Counted from the stretch's first letter, positions 44,325-58,706 are shown. The stretch: DNA of 64,000 bases from Eledone cirrhosa (GCA_964016885.1 OZ024754.1:5890001-5954000); one strand, 5' to 3'. A program made the numbers and translations. Notes: generated by a model from the letters alone, not told the origin.

Positions 44325-45788
44325 GCAACATCAACAACAGCAACAATAACAGCAATCACAACAATAACAGCAACAATAACAGCAATCACATCAACAACAC
44401 TCACAACAACAACAGCAATCACAACAACAACAGCAACAACAACAGCAACAACAACAGCAACAATAACAGCAATCACATCAACAATACTCACAACAATAAC
44501 AGCAATCACATCAACAATACTCACAACAATAACAGCAATCACAACAACAACAGCAACAACAACAGCAACAATAACAGCAATCACATCAACAACACTCACA
44601 ACAATAACAGCAATCACATCAACAACACTCACAACAATAACAGCAATCACAACAATAACAGCAATCACATCAACAACACTCACAACAATAACAGCAATCA
44701 CAACAATAACAGCAACAATAACAGCAATCACATCAACAACACTCACAACAATAACAGCAATGACAACAACAACAGCAACAATAACAGCAATCACAACAAC
44801 AGCAACAATAACAGCAATCACAACAACAACAGCAACAACAACAGCAACAATAACAGCAATCACATCAACAACACTCACAACAATAACAGCAATCACAACA
44901 ATAACAGCAATCACATCAACAACACTCACAACAATAACAGCAATCACAACAATAACAGCAATCACATCAACAACACTCACATGAACAACAGCAATCACAT
45001 CAACAACAGCAACAATAACAACACTCACAACAACAACAGCAACAATAACAGCAACAATAACAACACTCACAACAACAACAGCAACCACATCAACAACAGC
45101 AACAATAACAGCAACATCCAGAACAGCAGACAGCCCCCACCTCCCACCCCTCCACAATATCCGCATCCACCGATCTCTTCCCACCACCAACAACAACAAC
45201 AACAACACCCACAACAGTCACAACAACACTCACAACAACAGCAACAACAGTAACAACACTCACAACAACTATAACAGCAGTCACAATACTCACAACAACA
45301 ACTATAACAGCAGTCACAACATCCACAATATGAACAATAACAACAACAGCAACAGCAACAACAATAACCATAACAACACCTGCAGCAACAACAACAACAT
45401 ATACAATAACAACAACAGCAACAACCACAACAACCTCAATAGCAACTACAACAACAACAGCAGCAACTACAACAACCATAAACACAGGAACAGTAACAAC
45501 CATAACAACCACAACAACAACAATAACAACAATAACAACAATAACAACAATAACAACAGGAACAACAACAACACACAACAACCACCACCTCCACAACAAC
45601 AACAATATGAACAATAACAACAACAATATGAACAATAACAACAACAACCACAATAACAACAGGAACAACAACAACACACAACAACCACCACCTCCACAAC
45701 AACAACAATATGAACAATAACAACAGGAACAGTAACAACCACCACCACAACAACAACACACACAACAATCACAATAACAACAACAATA
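44325..45788. repeat. (AAC)-based compound repeat with higher-order units
   Basis: Recurring CAACAATAACAGCAATCACATCAACAACACTCA. Confidence 0.9.
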
Positions 45789-46110
45789 GTGTAGCGACAG
45801 TGACAGGGTGAATGGAAGAGAGAGAGGAGGGGGGCAATGTGTCAATCATATATAATCGACCAAACACAAAACAGTAGGGATGGGTGGGAGGTAAGTTAGG
45901 GTTGTTTCCCTCGTAGTTAATTGCGGGTCATTATGGACGACTTTAAACAGCGCCCTCTAACAGGGACCCCCTTCTGCTCACATGCAGTCATACTTCTTTC
46001 ATTGAGGTGTAAAGGTGGTGGAGGGGGGAGGAATGGTGATGGTGGTAGTGAGGGTGTCATATGAGGATGGTGGAGGAGGGGAGTATGAAGGAAGGAAAAA
46101 AAGGAGAGAG

Positions 46111-46164
<54 letters not shown>

Positions 46165-46278
46165 GAGAGAAAGAAAGAAAGGATAATAAATAAAGAAGAA
46201 AAAAAACACATAGAGAAGGAAAGAAGGAAAGAAAGAAAGAAAAAAGCTAGAAAAAAGAAAGAACGAAAGAATGAATGA

Positions 46279-46354
<76 letters not shown>

Positions 46355-46355
46355 G

Positions 46356-46394
<39 letters not shown>

Positions 46395-46898
46395 GAGACT
46401 GAAAGGAAAGAGAAAGGAGAGCAGGAAAGAAAGAAAGAAGAAAAGAAGGAAAAGAGAAAGATAGAAAAAAGGAGAGGGTTAGGTTAAGGTGGAGGGTCGA
46501 GATTATGTTGAAGGGTGTGTGATGTAACGGGGGAGAGAGTGTATTGTTGAGAAGGAGAGGGAGAGTCGATATATAGTGAGAGAGAGAGGAGGAGGAGAGG
46601 GAGTGAGAGAGGGAGAGGGGGCAGAGAGGGAGAGAGGGGGCAGAGGGGGTAGGGGAGGGAGAAAGGGTGCAGAGAGAGAGAGGGGGTAGAGGAAGAAATG
46701 TTGTAACAGGGTGAAAATACAGGTTGTCCCCCAAAAATGTATACACATATTTATTAGAATGGTGTTGAAGTGTGTATATATATATATATGTGTGTCTATA
46801 CATATATGTATTTATATATATATATATATTTATACACACATATATACAAACATACATATATATATATATACATATATACACATGCACACACACTCACA

Positions 46899-46955
<57 letters not shown>

Positions 46956-47069
46956 GCAGGCAAGAATATGTGCATACATACATACATACACACATACATA
47001 CATACATTGACACATATATTGACACATACATTGACACATTCATACATACATACATACATTGACACATAC

Positions 47070-47655
47070 ATGGTGGCTGCCAACTCGTTTTCGAGTACGG
47101 CCACTACTTTATATCCATGTAGGAGAACCCCTACCGATGCGCTGAACGAGTGTGACTTTTTAGTCCAGCCAACGACTTGAAAACTCTGGTACAAACACTA
47201 CACTTGTGACAATTATTGACACATAGTGCTGGGCCCATGGTACCATGTGACGACAAGTGCAGAGAGATCACCAGATATAAAGCAATGCCTGTGCCGTGAA
47301 GCTTTTATAGTGAGCAAAGGCACTGCACAAAGCCAGTCCCACTCTCTTAACCAAGATGATATTTACCAAAAAGAAGAACAAGTCAACATCATTGGATACC
47401 ATCAGGGTTGCAGGTGTTATATCAGAGTTTTCCTTCTCCTAGAATTCTACCTTGACAAAGGCTAAGGGGTCATCTCTCCCAGTGATTTTGGATGGCCATT
47501 GACTCTTAAGAGGTCCTTTGCCCTTTGACAGGTTTTGTTTTTAGTCCTGCAGGATATCCAAAGTCACCCTCCTCACGAAGAAACCTTTGTGGGGTTGCCA
47601 GTTTAGTCGCCAACGACCCGACCATGGGACAGGTTGTACTGGGATACATGTTACC
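47070..47655 (-). mobile_element. Bipartite RTE-derived element
   Basis: Near-identical to 54804-55413 and flanked by (CATA)n. Confidence 0.75.
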
Positions 47656-47767
47656 ATACGTATATACATACATACATACACACATACATACATACATACA
47701 TACATACATACACACACACACATACATACATACATACATACATACATACATACATACATACATGCAT

Positions 47768-47798
<31 letters not shown>

Positions 47799-47984
47799 TA
47801 CATACATACATACATACATACATACATACATACATACATACATACATACATACATACATACATACATACAATGGGTTTGATTACTTAGGAGAAAATGTGT
47901 TCATGTCTTCAACATATCCATTCTCGATGTCTCTTTCTTACTTTCATAAGTCACAATCTCCTACTCTCGTCTTTCTATCTCCCA

Positions 47985-48028
<44 letters not shown>

Positions 48029-48056
48029 TCTCTCTCACTCTCTCTCTCACTCTCTT

Positions 48057-48134
<78 letters not shown>

Positions 48135-48239
48135 ACCTTCTCTCTTTCTTTCTCTATTTCTCTCTTTCTCTCTCTCTCTCTTTCCATCTATCTATCCCAC
48201 CCTCTCTCTCTCTCCCTCTCTCTCTTTCCATCTATCTCC

Positions 48240-48277
<38 letters not shown>

Positions 48278-48702
48278 ATCTATCTCCCGCTCACTCTCTT
48301 TCCATTTATCTCCCTCTCTCTCCCTCTCTCTCTCTGTCCAACCCCCACTCTATCTCTCTCCTTCTCTCTCTCTCTCTCTCCCTCCCTCTGTATCTCTCCT
48401 CACACCCATACATACCCACCAATTCAATATGTCTGACTCGCGGTTGTAGCCTCATTAATAGCAATATTACCACCGTGGCACGCCATATCAATTAGAATGA
48501 ATGTATTAACTATAATTGATTTATATAATATAATAACCAGAAACACATGACAGTATATTCACTTACACAACACACATTCATATCTGTAGGTTCCTCCAGA
48601 AGAAAAAAAGTATTTCCCGTCGCTAAATCAACATTACACTATGTTGATTGTAGATTTGTGGCAATTATTGTTGTTTGTTTGCCCTGGGCAAGCTTCATTC
48701 AG

Positions 48703-50880
48703 CAGATCTATAATAAGACATATCTTAGAATTGGCCATGTAGTTCTGTAATAAGACATATCTCAGGATTGGCCATGTAGTTCTATAATAAGACATATCTC
48801 AGGATTGATCATGAAGATCTATAATAAGACATCTTAGAATTGGCCATGTAGTTCTGTAATAAGACATATCTCAGGATTGGCCATGCAGATCTATAATAAG
48901 ACATATCTCAGGGCTGGCCATGTAGATCTATAATAAGACATATCTCAGGATTGGCCATGTAGTTCTATAATAAGACATATCTCAGGATTGATCATGAAGA
49001 TCTATAATAAGACATCTTAGAATTGGCCATGTAGTTCTATAATAAGACATATCTCAGGATTGGCCATGCAGATCTATAATAAGACATATCTCAGGGCTGG
49101 CCATGTAGATCTATAATAAGACATATCTCAGGATTGGCCATGTAGTTCTATAATAAGACATATCTCAGGATTGGCCATGTAGTTCTATAATAAGACATAT
49201 CTCAGGATTGGCCATGCAGATCTATAATAAGACATATCTCAGGATTGGCCATGTAGATCTATAATAAGACATATCTCAGGATTGGCCATGTAGTTCTATA
49301 ATAAGACATATCTCAGGATTGGCCATGTAGTTCTATAATAAGACATATCTCAGGATTGGCCATGTAGTTCTATAATAAGACATATCTCAGGGCTGGCCAT
49401 GTAGATCTATAATAAGACATATCTCAGGATTGGCCATGTAGTTCTATAATAAGACATATCTCAGGATTGGCCATGTAGTTCTATAATAAGACATATCTCA
49501 GGATTGGCCATGTAGTTCTATAATAAGACATATCTCAGGATTGGCCATGTAGTTCTATAATAAGACATATCTCAGGATTAGCCATGCAGATCTATAATAA
49601 GACATATCTCAGGGCTGGCCATGTAGATCTATAATAAGACATATCTCAGGATTGGCCATGTAGTTCTATAATAAGACATATCTCAGGGCTGGCCATGTAG
49701 ATCTATAATAAGACATATCTCAGGATTGGCCATGTAGTTCTATAATAAGACATATCTCAGGATTGGCCATGTAGTTCTATAATAAGACATATCTCAGGGC
49801 TGGCCATGTAGATCTATAATAAGACATATCTCAGGATTGGCCATGTAGTTCTATAATAAGACATATCTCAGGATTGGCCATGTAGTTCTATAATAAGACA
49901 TATCTCAGGGCTGGCCATGTAGATCTATAATAAGACATATCTCAGGGCTGGCCATGTAGATCTATAATAAGACATATCTCAGGATTGGCCATGTAGATCT
50001 ATAATAAGACATATCTCAGGATTGGCCATGTAGTTCTATAATAAGACATATCTCAGGATTAGCCATGTAGATCTATAATAAGACATATCTCAGGATTGGC
50101 CATGTAGTTCTGTAATAAGACATATCTCAGGATTAGCCATGTAGTTCTATAATAAGACATATCTCAGGATTAGCCATGTAGTTCTATAATAAGACATATC
50201 TCAGGGCTGGCCATGTAGATCTATAATAAGACATATCTCAGGATTAGCCATGTAGTTCTATAATAAGACATATCTCAGGATTAGCCATGTAGATCTATAA
50301 TAAGACATATCTCAGGATTGGCCATGTAGTTCTATAATAAGACATATCTCAGGATTGGCCATGTAGTTCTATAATAAGACATATCTCAGGATTGGCCATG
50401 TAGTTCTATAATAAGACATATCTCAGGATTGGCCATGTAGTTCTATAATAAGACATATCTCAGGATTGGCCATGTAGATCTATAATAAGACATATCTCAG
50501 GATTGGCCATGTAGTTCTATAATAAGACATATCTCAGGATTGGCCATGCAGATCTATAATAAGACATATCTCAGGATTGGCCATGTAGTTCTATAATAAG
50601 ACATATCTCAGGATTGGCCATGTAGATCTATAATAAGACATATCTCAGGATTGGCCATGTAGTTCTATAATAAGACATATCTCAGGATTGGCCATGTAGT
50701 TCTATAATAAGACATATCTCAGGATTAGCCATGTAGATCTATAATAAGACATATCTCAGGATTGGCCATGTAGTTCTATAATAAGACATATCTCAGGGCT
50801 GGCTATGCAGATCTATAATAAGACATATCTCAGGGCTGGCCATGTAGATCTATAATAAGACATATCTCAGGATTGGCCAT
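48703..50880 (+). repeat. 37-bp minisatellite, about 59 units
   Basis: Unit TAATAAGACATATCTCAGGATTGGCCATGTAGTTCTA with recurrent variants. Copy number is estimated from span divided by 37. Confidence 0.95.
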
Positions 50881-51405
50881 ACAGTTCTTTCATTGCACCT
50901 TCTTTAGTTTCTTTTGCTCTCTATAGAGCATTGGGTGACTTTCGTTGTTTCTGTACACATTTTGATTAATGGAGTAAGGTTGCTCGGCTCACACTTCATC
51001 CAATAATAGGGTCGCTTATTCCTCTATGTCTTTCTTAATTGCCCTCTTTCTTTTTCCCCGGAGGAAATGTTCAGACCTGGAGAGGGATAGGCTCAGCCAG
51101 ATTTAAATGTATAAGGCCTGTCGGGTGTCACTGATGAGTAAAACCCCCATTCACCAATCTTACAGAAGTACCACTTCATGTAGGGTTTAATTACACTACC
51201 ACTTTGCAATATGAATGGTCTTGTGACACCTGATGAAGTCGTAGATTCTCACACACTCAGATATGCACACATTCACATACTCACTCTCACAGATTCACAC
51301 ACTCACGGACTCACAGACTCATACATTTACATATTCACAGTCTTACAGGCACATACACTCACATACTCACACACTCACACATTCACACGCTCACACATTC
51401 ACACA

Positions 51406-51462
<57 letters not shown>

Positions 51463-52369
51463 ACACACACACTCACTCACACACGCTCACACTCTCTCAC
51501 ACACACACACACACACACACTCACACACTCACACAATCACACCTTACAGACAACAAACAACAGTACAGGACGAAACAAACTGGGTTTTGGTCGTGTAAAA
51601 AAAGGTTTTAACAAAAAAAAAACAGAAATGTGTAGAAACGAATTAAAACAACAAAAAAAGAAATTTCTTTATATTTTTTTCTAAATTATCAATTACAGTT
51701 CTGCCATATTTATTTAGAAACGTTGAGATCAAAAACCGATTTCCGTTTCCAAACATTGTAAGGAGGAAAAAAACGAGAGCATAATAGGTAGGAATAAGGA
51801 TGGTGGTGGTGGTGGTGGTGGTGCTGCTGCTGGTGGTGATGGTGGTGGTGGTGGTGATGGTGGTGATGATGGTGGTAATGGTGGTGATGGTGGTGGTAGT
51901 GGTAGTGGTAGTGGTGGTGATGGTGATGATGGTGGTGATGGTGGTTGGTGTTGGTAGTTGTGGTGCTGGTTGTGATGATGATGGTGGTAGTGGTGGTGGT
52001 GATGGTAGTGGTGGTGGTGATGATGGTAATGTTGGTGGTCGTAGTGGTGGTGGTGGTGGTGGTAATGGTAGTTGTGGTGGTGGTGGTAGTGATGATGATG
52101 GTAGTAGTGGTAGTGGTGGTGGTGGTGGTGGTGATGATGATAATGGTGATGCTGGTAGTGGTGGTGGCGGTGATGGTGATGATGATGATGGTGGTGTTGA
52201 TGATGATGATGATGGTAGTGATGATGATGATGATGGTGGTGGTGATGATGATGATGATGATGAATGAAAGGCAGTGAAGAAAGACCTGGAATGGTGAATG
52301 TACTTAACAAATTGAATTTTATCTCCATATTTCCTTTCTACACTTCATACACTCCTATAAACAGACACT

Positions 52370-52400
<31 letters not shown>

Positions 52401-52560
52401 TTATATATATATATAAATATATAAATATATATATGTATATATGTATGTATATATGTATATGTTATGGAATACTGTTAGCTTCTCGCTACAACAATTTCTA
52501 TACTTTTCATTTATATATGTATGTATATATATATATATTTATATATATAGATAGGTAGAT

Positions 52561-52637
<77 letters not shown>

Positions 52638-52646
52638 TATAGATAA

Positions 52647-52696
<50 letters not shown>

Positions 52697-52697
<1 letters not shown>

Positions 52698-53710
52698 TAT
52701 TTCTTTATTAGCCACAGGGGCACAAAAGAAGGGGACAAATACAAAGGGGGAAGTTTACATACAATAAAAACGTGTAAAATGTTATCACAGATGGAATTTA
52801 AAAGTTAGTCGATTTTCCCCAATAGAGGGAGACAGTTTATATGGGTAACACAGACCCCCGAAAAAAATGTGCAACCCTCATCTCCAGGAGTACGAAGAGC
52901 TTGTACTCCTTTCCTCTCCTCCTCCTTTTCCTCAACCTACAGGCTGATATAGAGAGAAGGCCCATTCACTCGGGCCATTCTCGCCACTTTCACCCACCTT
53001 TCATAAAACTTGCTGGGGTACAGCACCTCTCTCTCCATCCTGATTCTTCTTCCAAAGTGGTATTTGAAAAAAAGAATCAGTTGTTGGCCGGAGAGAAAGG
53101 TGTCTGACCTCAGCCCTTTCAACCTTGTCCACCATACAACCTCTTTCGCCATAGCTATCACACAAAGGAAAACCGCCTCTCCTTCGTTTTTGAAGGAGGG
53201 TGGCGGTTTGATCATGACAATGGACTCGGTGGTCAACTGGATTGGTCCCACCCGCGACAATAGTCGTTCTACATAGCCCCACAGGTCAGTGACGCCCGGG
53301 CAGTGTATGAATGCGTGCGCGACGGTTTCTTCGTCTCGCACGCACCTCGGACAGATCTTTTTTGCAGGGTCCCTTCCCGGGCGCCCATGTCTGTAGAGCT
53401 TGTCTCGAACTGGTAGAGCTCCTCGGTAGCACTGCCAGGCCAGGGACTTTTGGAAGTTGTCCATCGGTCCCGGGCGGAAGGTCCTACCGAACAGACTGGC
53501 CAGTTCATCTTCCTCCACGCCTAGAGTTTCACCGAGCGCGTCGTCGCACTTGCTGCGGACCAACCCTCTATAGAATGACGAAGTGGAGTCTCCACTGATC
53601 GCCGGGTCCGCCTGCCAGAGGGCTGTGAGCGCCTGAGCACATTCGATGTGCCAGTCGCCCATTTTCCTCGGTCTCTGCTTGACCCAGGACTGCAGCTCGG
53701 TCAGCGAGAC

Positions 53711-53711
<1 letters not shown>
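52697..53711 (-). mobile_element. 5'-truncated Tx1/L1-group LINE: ORF2 C-terminus with CCHC zinc finger plus 3'UTR
   Basis: Uninterrupted frame 53710-52937 with WQCYRGALPVRDKL...CPRC...EETVAHAFIHC (zf-RVT-like). The 3'UTR ends with AATAAA, and (GATA)n lies on both sides. Confidence 0.85.
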
Positions 53712-53770
<59 letters not shown>

Positions 53771-53922
53771 TACACGGGTGTGTATGATTGTGTATAGAAG
53801 ATTATATTAATAAAAGGAATTCCAACTTTCTCTGATTTACTCGTTTTATTTACAATCCTTTAAAATTTATAATGGTATTAGAATGAAATAGTATGGTAGA
53901 ATATTAAATGTTAAGTGTTAAT

Positions 53923-53961
53923 TGAACAAGTACTTTCATGCTTTCGCAATCTTCAGGTTCA
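53923..53961 (-). ncRNA. Minimal type I hammerhead ribozyme (family D)
   Basis: Minus strand reads TGAAC-CTGAAGA-TTGC gaaa GCAT-GAAA-GTAC-TT-GTTCA. Stem II is GNRA-capped and stem III is palindromic. Confidence 0.8.
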
Positions 53962-54063
53962 TAATGTGTGGTGACAGTCAAGATTGCAATTTTCAACTGT
54001 GAAAATTTCACAGTTGAAAATTGCAAACTTGACTGTCACCACACATTATGAACATGAAGATTG
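53947..54063. repeat. Near-perfect palindrome overlapping the family D hammerhead
   Basis: TTCATAATGTGTGGTGACAGTCAAG...CTGTGAAA A TTTCACAG...CTTGACTGTCACCACACATTATGAA. Confidence 0.8.
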
Positions 54064-54239
54064 TGTTTATGCTAGAAACCGACTCTCTCTCTATTGGTAA
54101 AAAATTTGTGAAATTATAAATCCAGAAGAACATACATACATACACACATACATACATACATACATACATACATACATACCTACATACATACATACATACG
54201 TACATACATACATACATACATACATACATACATACATAC

Positions 54240-54793
54240 ATGGTGGCTGCCAACTCGTTTTCGAGTACGGCCACTACTTTATATCCATGTAGGAGAACCC
54301 CTACCGATGCGCTGAACAGGTGTGACTTTTTAGTCCAGCTAGCAACTTGTAAACTCTGGTACAAACACTACACTTGTGACAATTATTGACACATAGTGCT
54401 GGGCCCATGGTACCATGTGACCACAAGTGCAGAGAGATCTCCAGATATAAAGCAATGCCTGTGCCGTGAAGCTTTTATAGTGAGCAAAGGCACTGCACAA
54501 AGCCAGTCCGACTCTCTTGACCAAGATGATATTTACCAAAAAGAAGAACCATCAGGGTTGCAGGTGTTATATCAGAGTTTTCCATCTCCTAGAATTCTGC
54601 CTTGACAAAAGCTAAGAGGTCATCTCTCCCGGTGATTTTGGATGGCCATTGACTCTTAAGAGATCCTTTGCCCTTTGACATGTTTTGTTTTTAGTTCTGC
54701 AGGATGTCCAAAGCCACCCTCCTCACCAAGAAACCTTGGTGGAGTTGCCAGTTTAGTCTCCAACGACCCAACCATAAGACAGGTTGTACTGGT
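54240..54793 (-). mobile_element. Bipartite RTE-derived element, head-to-tail with the next copy
   Basis: Same sequence with a small internal deletion, separated from the 54804 copy by ACATACATAC. Confidence 0.75.
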
Positions 54794-54803
54794 ACATACA
54801 TAC

Positions 54804-55413
54804 ATGGTGGCTGCCAACTCGTTTTCGAGTACGGCCACTACTTTATATCCATGTAGGAGAAACCCTACCGATGCGCTGAACGAGTGTGACTTTTTAGTCC
54901 AGCCAGCGACTTGAAAACTCTGGTACAAACACTACACTTGTGACAATTATTGACACACACTGCTGGGCCCATGGTAGCATGTGACGACAAGTGCAGAGAG
55001 ATCTCCAGATACAAAGCAATGCCTGTGCCGTGAAGCTTTTATAGTGAGCAAAGGCACTGCACAAAGCCAGTCCCACTCTCTTAACCAAGATGATATTTAC
55101 CAAAAAGAAGAACAAGTCAACATCATTGGATACCATCAGGGTTGCAGGTGTTATATCAGAGTTTTCCCTCTCCTAGAATTCTGCCTTGACAAAGGCTAAG
55201 GGGTCATCTCTCCCGGTGATTTTGGATGGCCATTGACTCTTAAGAGCTCCTTTGCTCTTTGACAGGTTTTGTTTTTAGTCCTGCAGGATGTTCAAAGTCA
55301 CCCTCCTCACCAAGAAACCTTGGTGGGGTTGCCAGTTTAGTCGCCAACGACCCGACCATGAGACAGGTTGTACTGGGATACATGTTACTAGTAGCACCAA
55401 CTGGTGACCTGAC
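54804..55413 (-). mobile_element. Non-autonomous bipartite RTE-derived retroelement, longest copy (~610 bp)
   Basis: RTE-like 5'UTR segment (CTAGGAGA-GGAAAACTCTGAT) joined to a C2H2 remnant (CHKCSVCTRVFKSLAGLKSH) and tail GGCAGCCACC(ATGT)n. It has no RT. Five near-identical copies are present. Confidence 0.75.
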
Positions 55414-55601
55414 ATACATACATACATACATACATACATACATACATACATACATACATACATACATACATACATACATACATACATACATACATACTGA
55501 ATTTCGTCGAGAATTTTTATAACTCGATCCTTTTTACACATGAGTGGCACGAACCCGACTTTTGAGACCTACCAAGTACTTACATTCTTCTCTGCATATA
55601 T

Positions 55602-56075
<474 letters not shown>

Positions 56076-56090
56076 TATATATATACATAA

Positions 56091-56179
<89 letters not shown>

Positions 56180-58189
56180 TAAAGTTAGTCCTTCATCAGT
56201 GATCTTCCAACCTTCATTGGTATTTCATCGCTTTAAAGACCATATACCTCCGGTTGGTGCGAACAACGGCTAAAGAAAGTCGTTGGGACACGTAAATAAG
56301 GGGAACGAGCGAGACTGTAAACAATCAAAGATGGTAATGCAACGAAAAGTGAGGAAGAAGGAGTCAAGTCCAAGAAATCGATGAATATAAGTTCTGTGAA
56401 ATCGTGGACGAGAGAGAATAGAGACCATCAAACCTGGTCGAAATGTGAGCAAGGAAAGAATTTCGCACAGGTCCAACGGGAGGAAGAAGGAGTCAAGTCC
56501 CTGAATTCGGTGAACATAAGTTCTGTGAAATCGTAGACGAGAGGGAAAAAAAAGGAATAACCAACCTGGTCAAAGTGTGCCTGAGGAAAGAATTTCGCAC
56601 AGGTCAAACGGGAGGAAGTGGGAGAGGGAGTAGCAAAGAGTGATTGAATGAAAGGTGAGGAAGAGTCTAACAGAGAGAGTTACTGTTAGAGGGAGTTAAG
56701 GGAAGTGAGAGATACAGAGAAAGAGGAAGCAGTAAGAATGAAAAAGATGGGTCACATATTTATGGCAAGTAAACATCTTCAGAATAGAAATATAAAATAC
56801 TAAAGTCAGTAGTTATTAGTATGATAGTAAATGAGATACTTAAGGAAAAAAAGTGACGGTCATGTATTGAAATTGATTGTTCATGTAAACTAACTGTCAC
56901 GTTGTATTTAAATACTTGCAATAAGGGAACAAGCTTTAAATCTATTATTTTAAAGTATGGTTATTTCTGTTGCTTGCTAAATCAATTTCTCCCACAACTT
57001 GAAAATGTTATTTTTGTATATATGCATATATGACTCAATGATATAATTAAATAATGCTTTTTGTCTGATCGTACCTAATTGATTTTAAATGTTTATTGCT
57101 TTAATGGAATTTTGGCTGATGTATATATTTGTTTGGTTTTATCTTCCACCCCTCTCTTCCCTTCCCCTCTAATATCACGTGGTCCATTGTATTATTAAGT
57201 ATTTGCATATATGTAATTATTTACATATAATTATACATGAACATAAATATATGCAAGCTTTTTTATTATTTATTGTATATTTTTTATTTTTTGTTTGTTG
57301 GGGGTGCAGACTGAGAAATCTGTTCTAATTAGGTTTAGAATTAAGGATTATAGTTTTTGAGAAATAATTATTTATTAATTAGCGGATTTAATTGTGTGGG
57401 TTTTTTTTTTCTTTATTTCCTTGCAAGTATGTCATATAATGAAATTATTGAATATTGATTTGAGGCTATTGTAATCTAAATTGAGATCAGTACACGGAAG
57501 ATATATATGTTTTCAACACTATTAAATTGTGCTCTGAGCAGCTGACATGGACGATAAATCTAGATCTGTTCAGAAACAGTAAAAGATTTGACCGATGCTG
57601 TGTAAATGTATTAGTAAATGCGCTGACATTTGAAAATATCAGGGAAGGCTTTTTTCACGATTTTGCGCTGCCATGAAAAAGAGCGAACGATGCGCCACGG
57701 TTCTTGACTCTCTTTGAATTTATTCTTAAAGATTGTATACACCTATCTCGTTTCACAAAGAAAGATATAACTAATATCTTTATAAGCCTAACATAAACGG
57801 TAATATCAGGGAACTGGAGGATCTAATTTGAACATTTTCTAGTTGTAATGCGAAATTGCAAAGAAGAAGTCGAACATCTTAACTTTCGAATATCGTTTCT
57901 GGAATAATCCAAAAACGATATTATTCAAATATTGAACATATATTCCAACCACCAGATGTAATCTGGGATACTTGAGAATGTTGAGTGATTACCACAGGAT
58001 ACATCAAGATCTACCAGTAACAATTCCCTAATTGGTCATCTATATATGCATACACATATACAAAAGAAATGTCATATCTATACACATACGTCTATCTGTG
58101 TTATGTCAAGCATTAAATTAATATAACATCATGATATAGTTATTTTGTGTTTTCTATTGGTACCGATTGTGTTGTAATTTCTGTTTACC

Positions 58190-58332
<143 letters not shown>

Positions 58333-58583
58333 GTCATGAAATAGGCGTGAAATGTATATGTGTATGTATATACACATAAATATATATATATATAACAAAG
58401 GAATTGTGGTAAGGAACCAAATGGACCATAACGCACCAGAGTACTCAATACTTAGGGTAGTAGAGTGTGAAATAGGAAAAAGTATGAACCCGACGGCAGA
58501 GCTCAAGCCGTTTCGACGGCTATTTCTGGACTAGAAATAGCCGTCGAAACGGCTTGAGCTCTGCTGTCGGGGTCATACTTTTT

Positions 58584-58660
<77 letters not shown>

Positions 58661-58706
58661 ACGTGAAATAGACGTAAAACGTATACGTATATGTAGATAC
58701 ACACAA

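Noticed and set aside
44318-45790. Asn/Gln/Pro-rich exon (QPPPPTPPQYPHPP)
   Set aside because: The open frame is expected from (AAC)n composition, the Gln frame is riddled with TAA, and I found no convincing splice sites. RNA-seq would be needed to revive it.
48703-50880. CRISPR-like array (37-bp repeat)
   Set aside because: Units are contiguous with no unique spacers, there are no cas genes, and the context is eukaryotic.
51131-51245. CTGATGA motifs as hammerheads (also ~8564 and ~31947)
   Set aside because: No stem II/GAAA/NUH arrangement could be built.
57540-57960. Possible degraded LINE ORF1 or host exon
   Set aside because: It has multiple stops and only a vague coiled-coil-like stretch, and cannot be assigned without a homology search.
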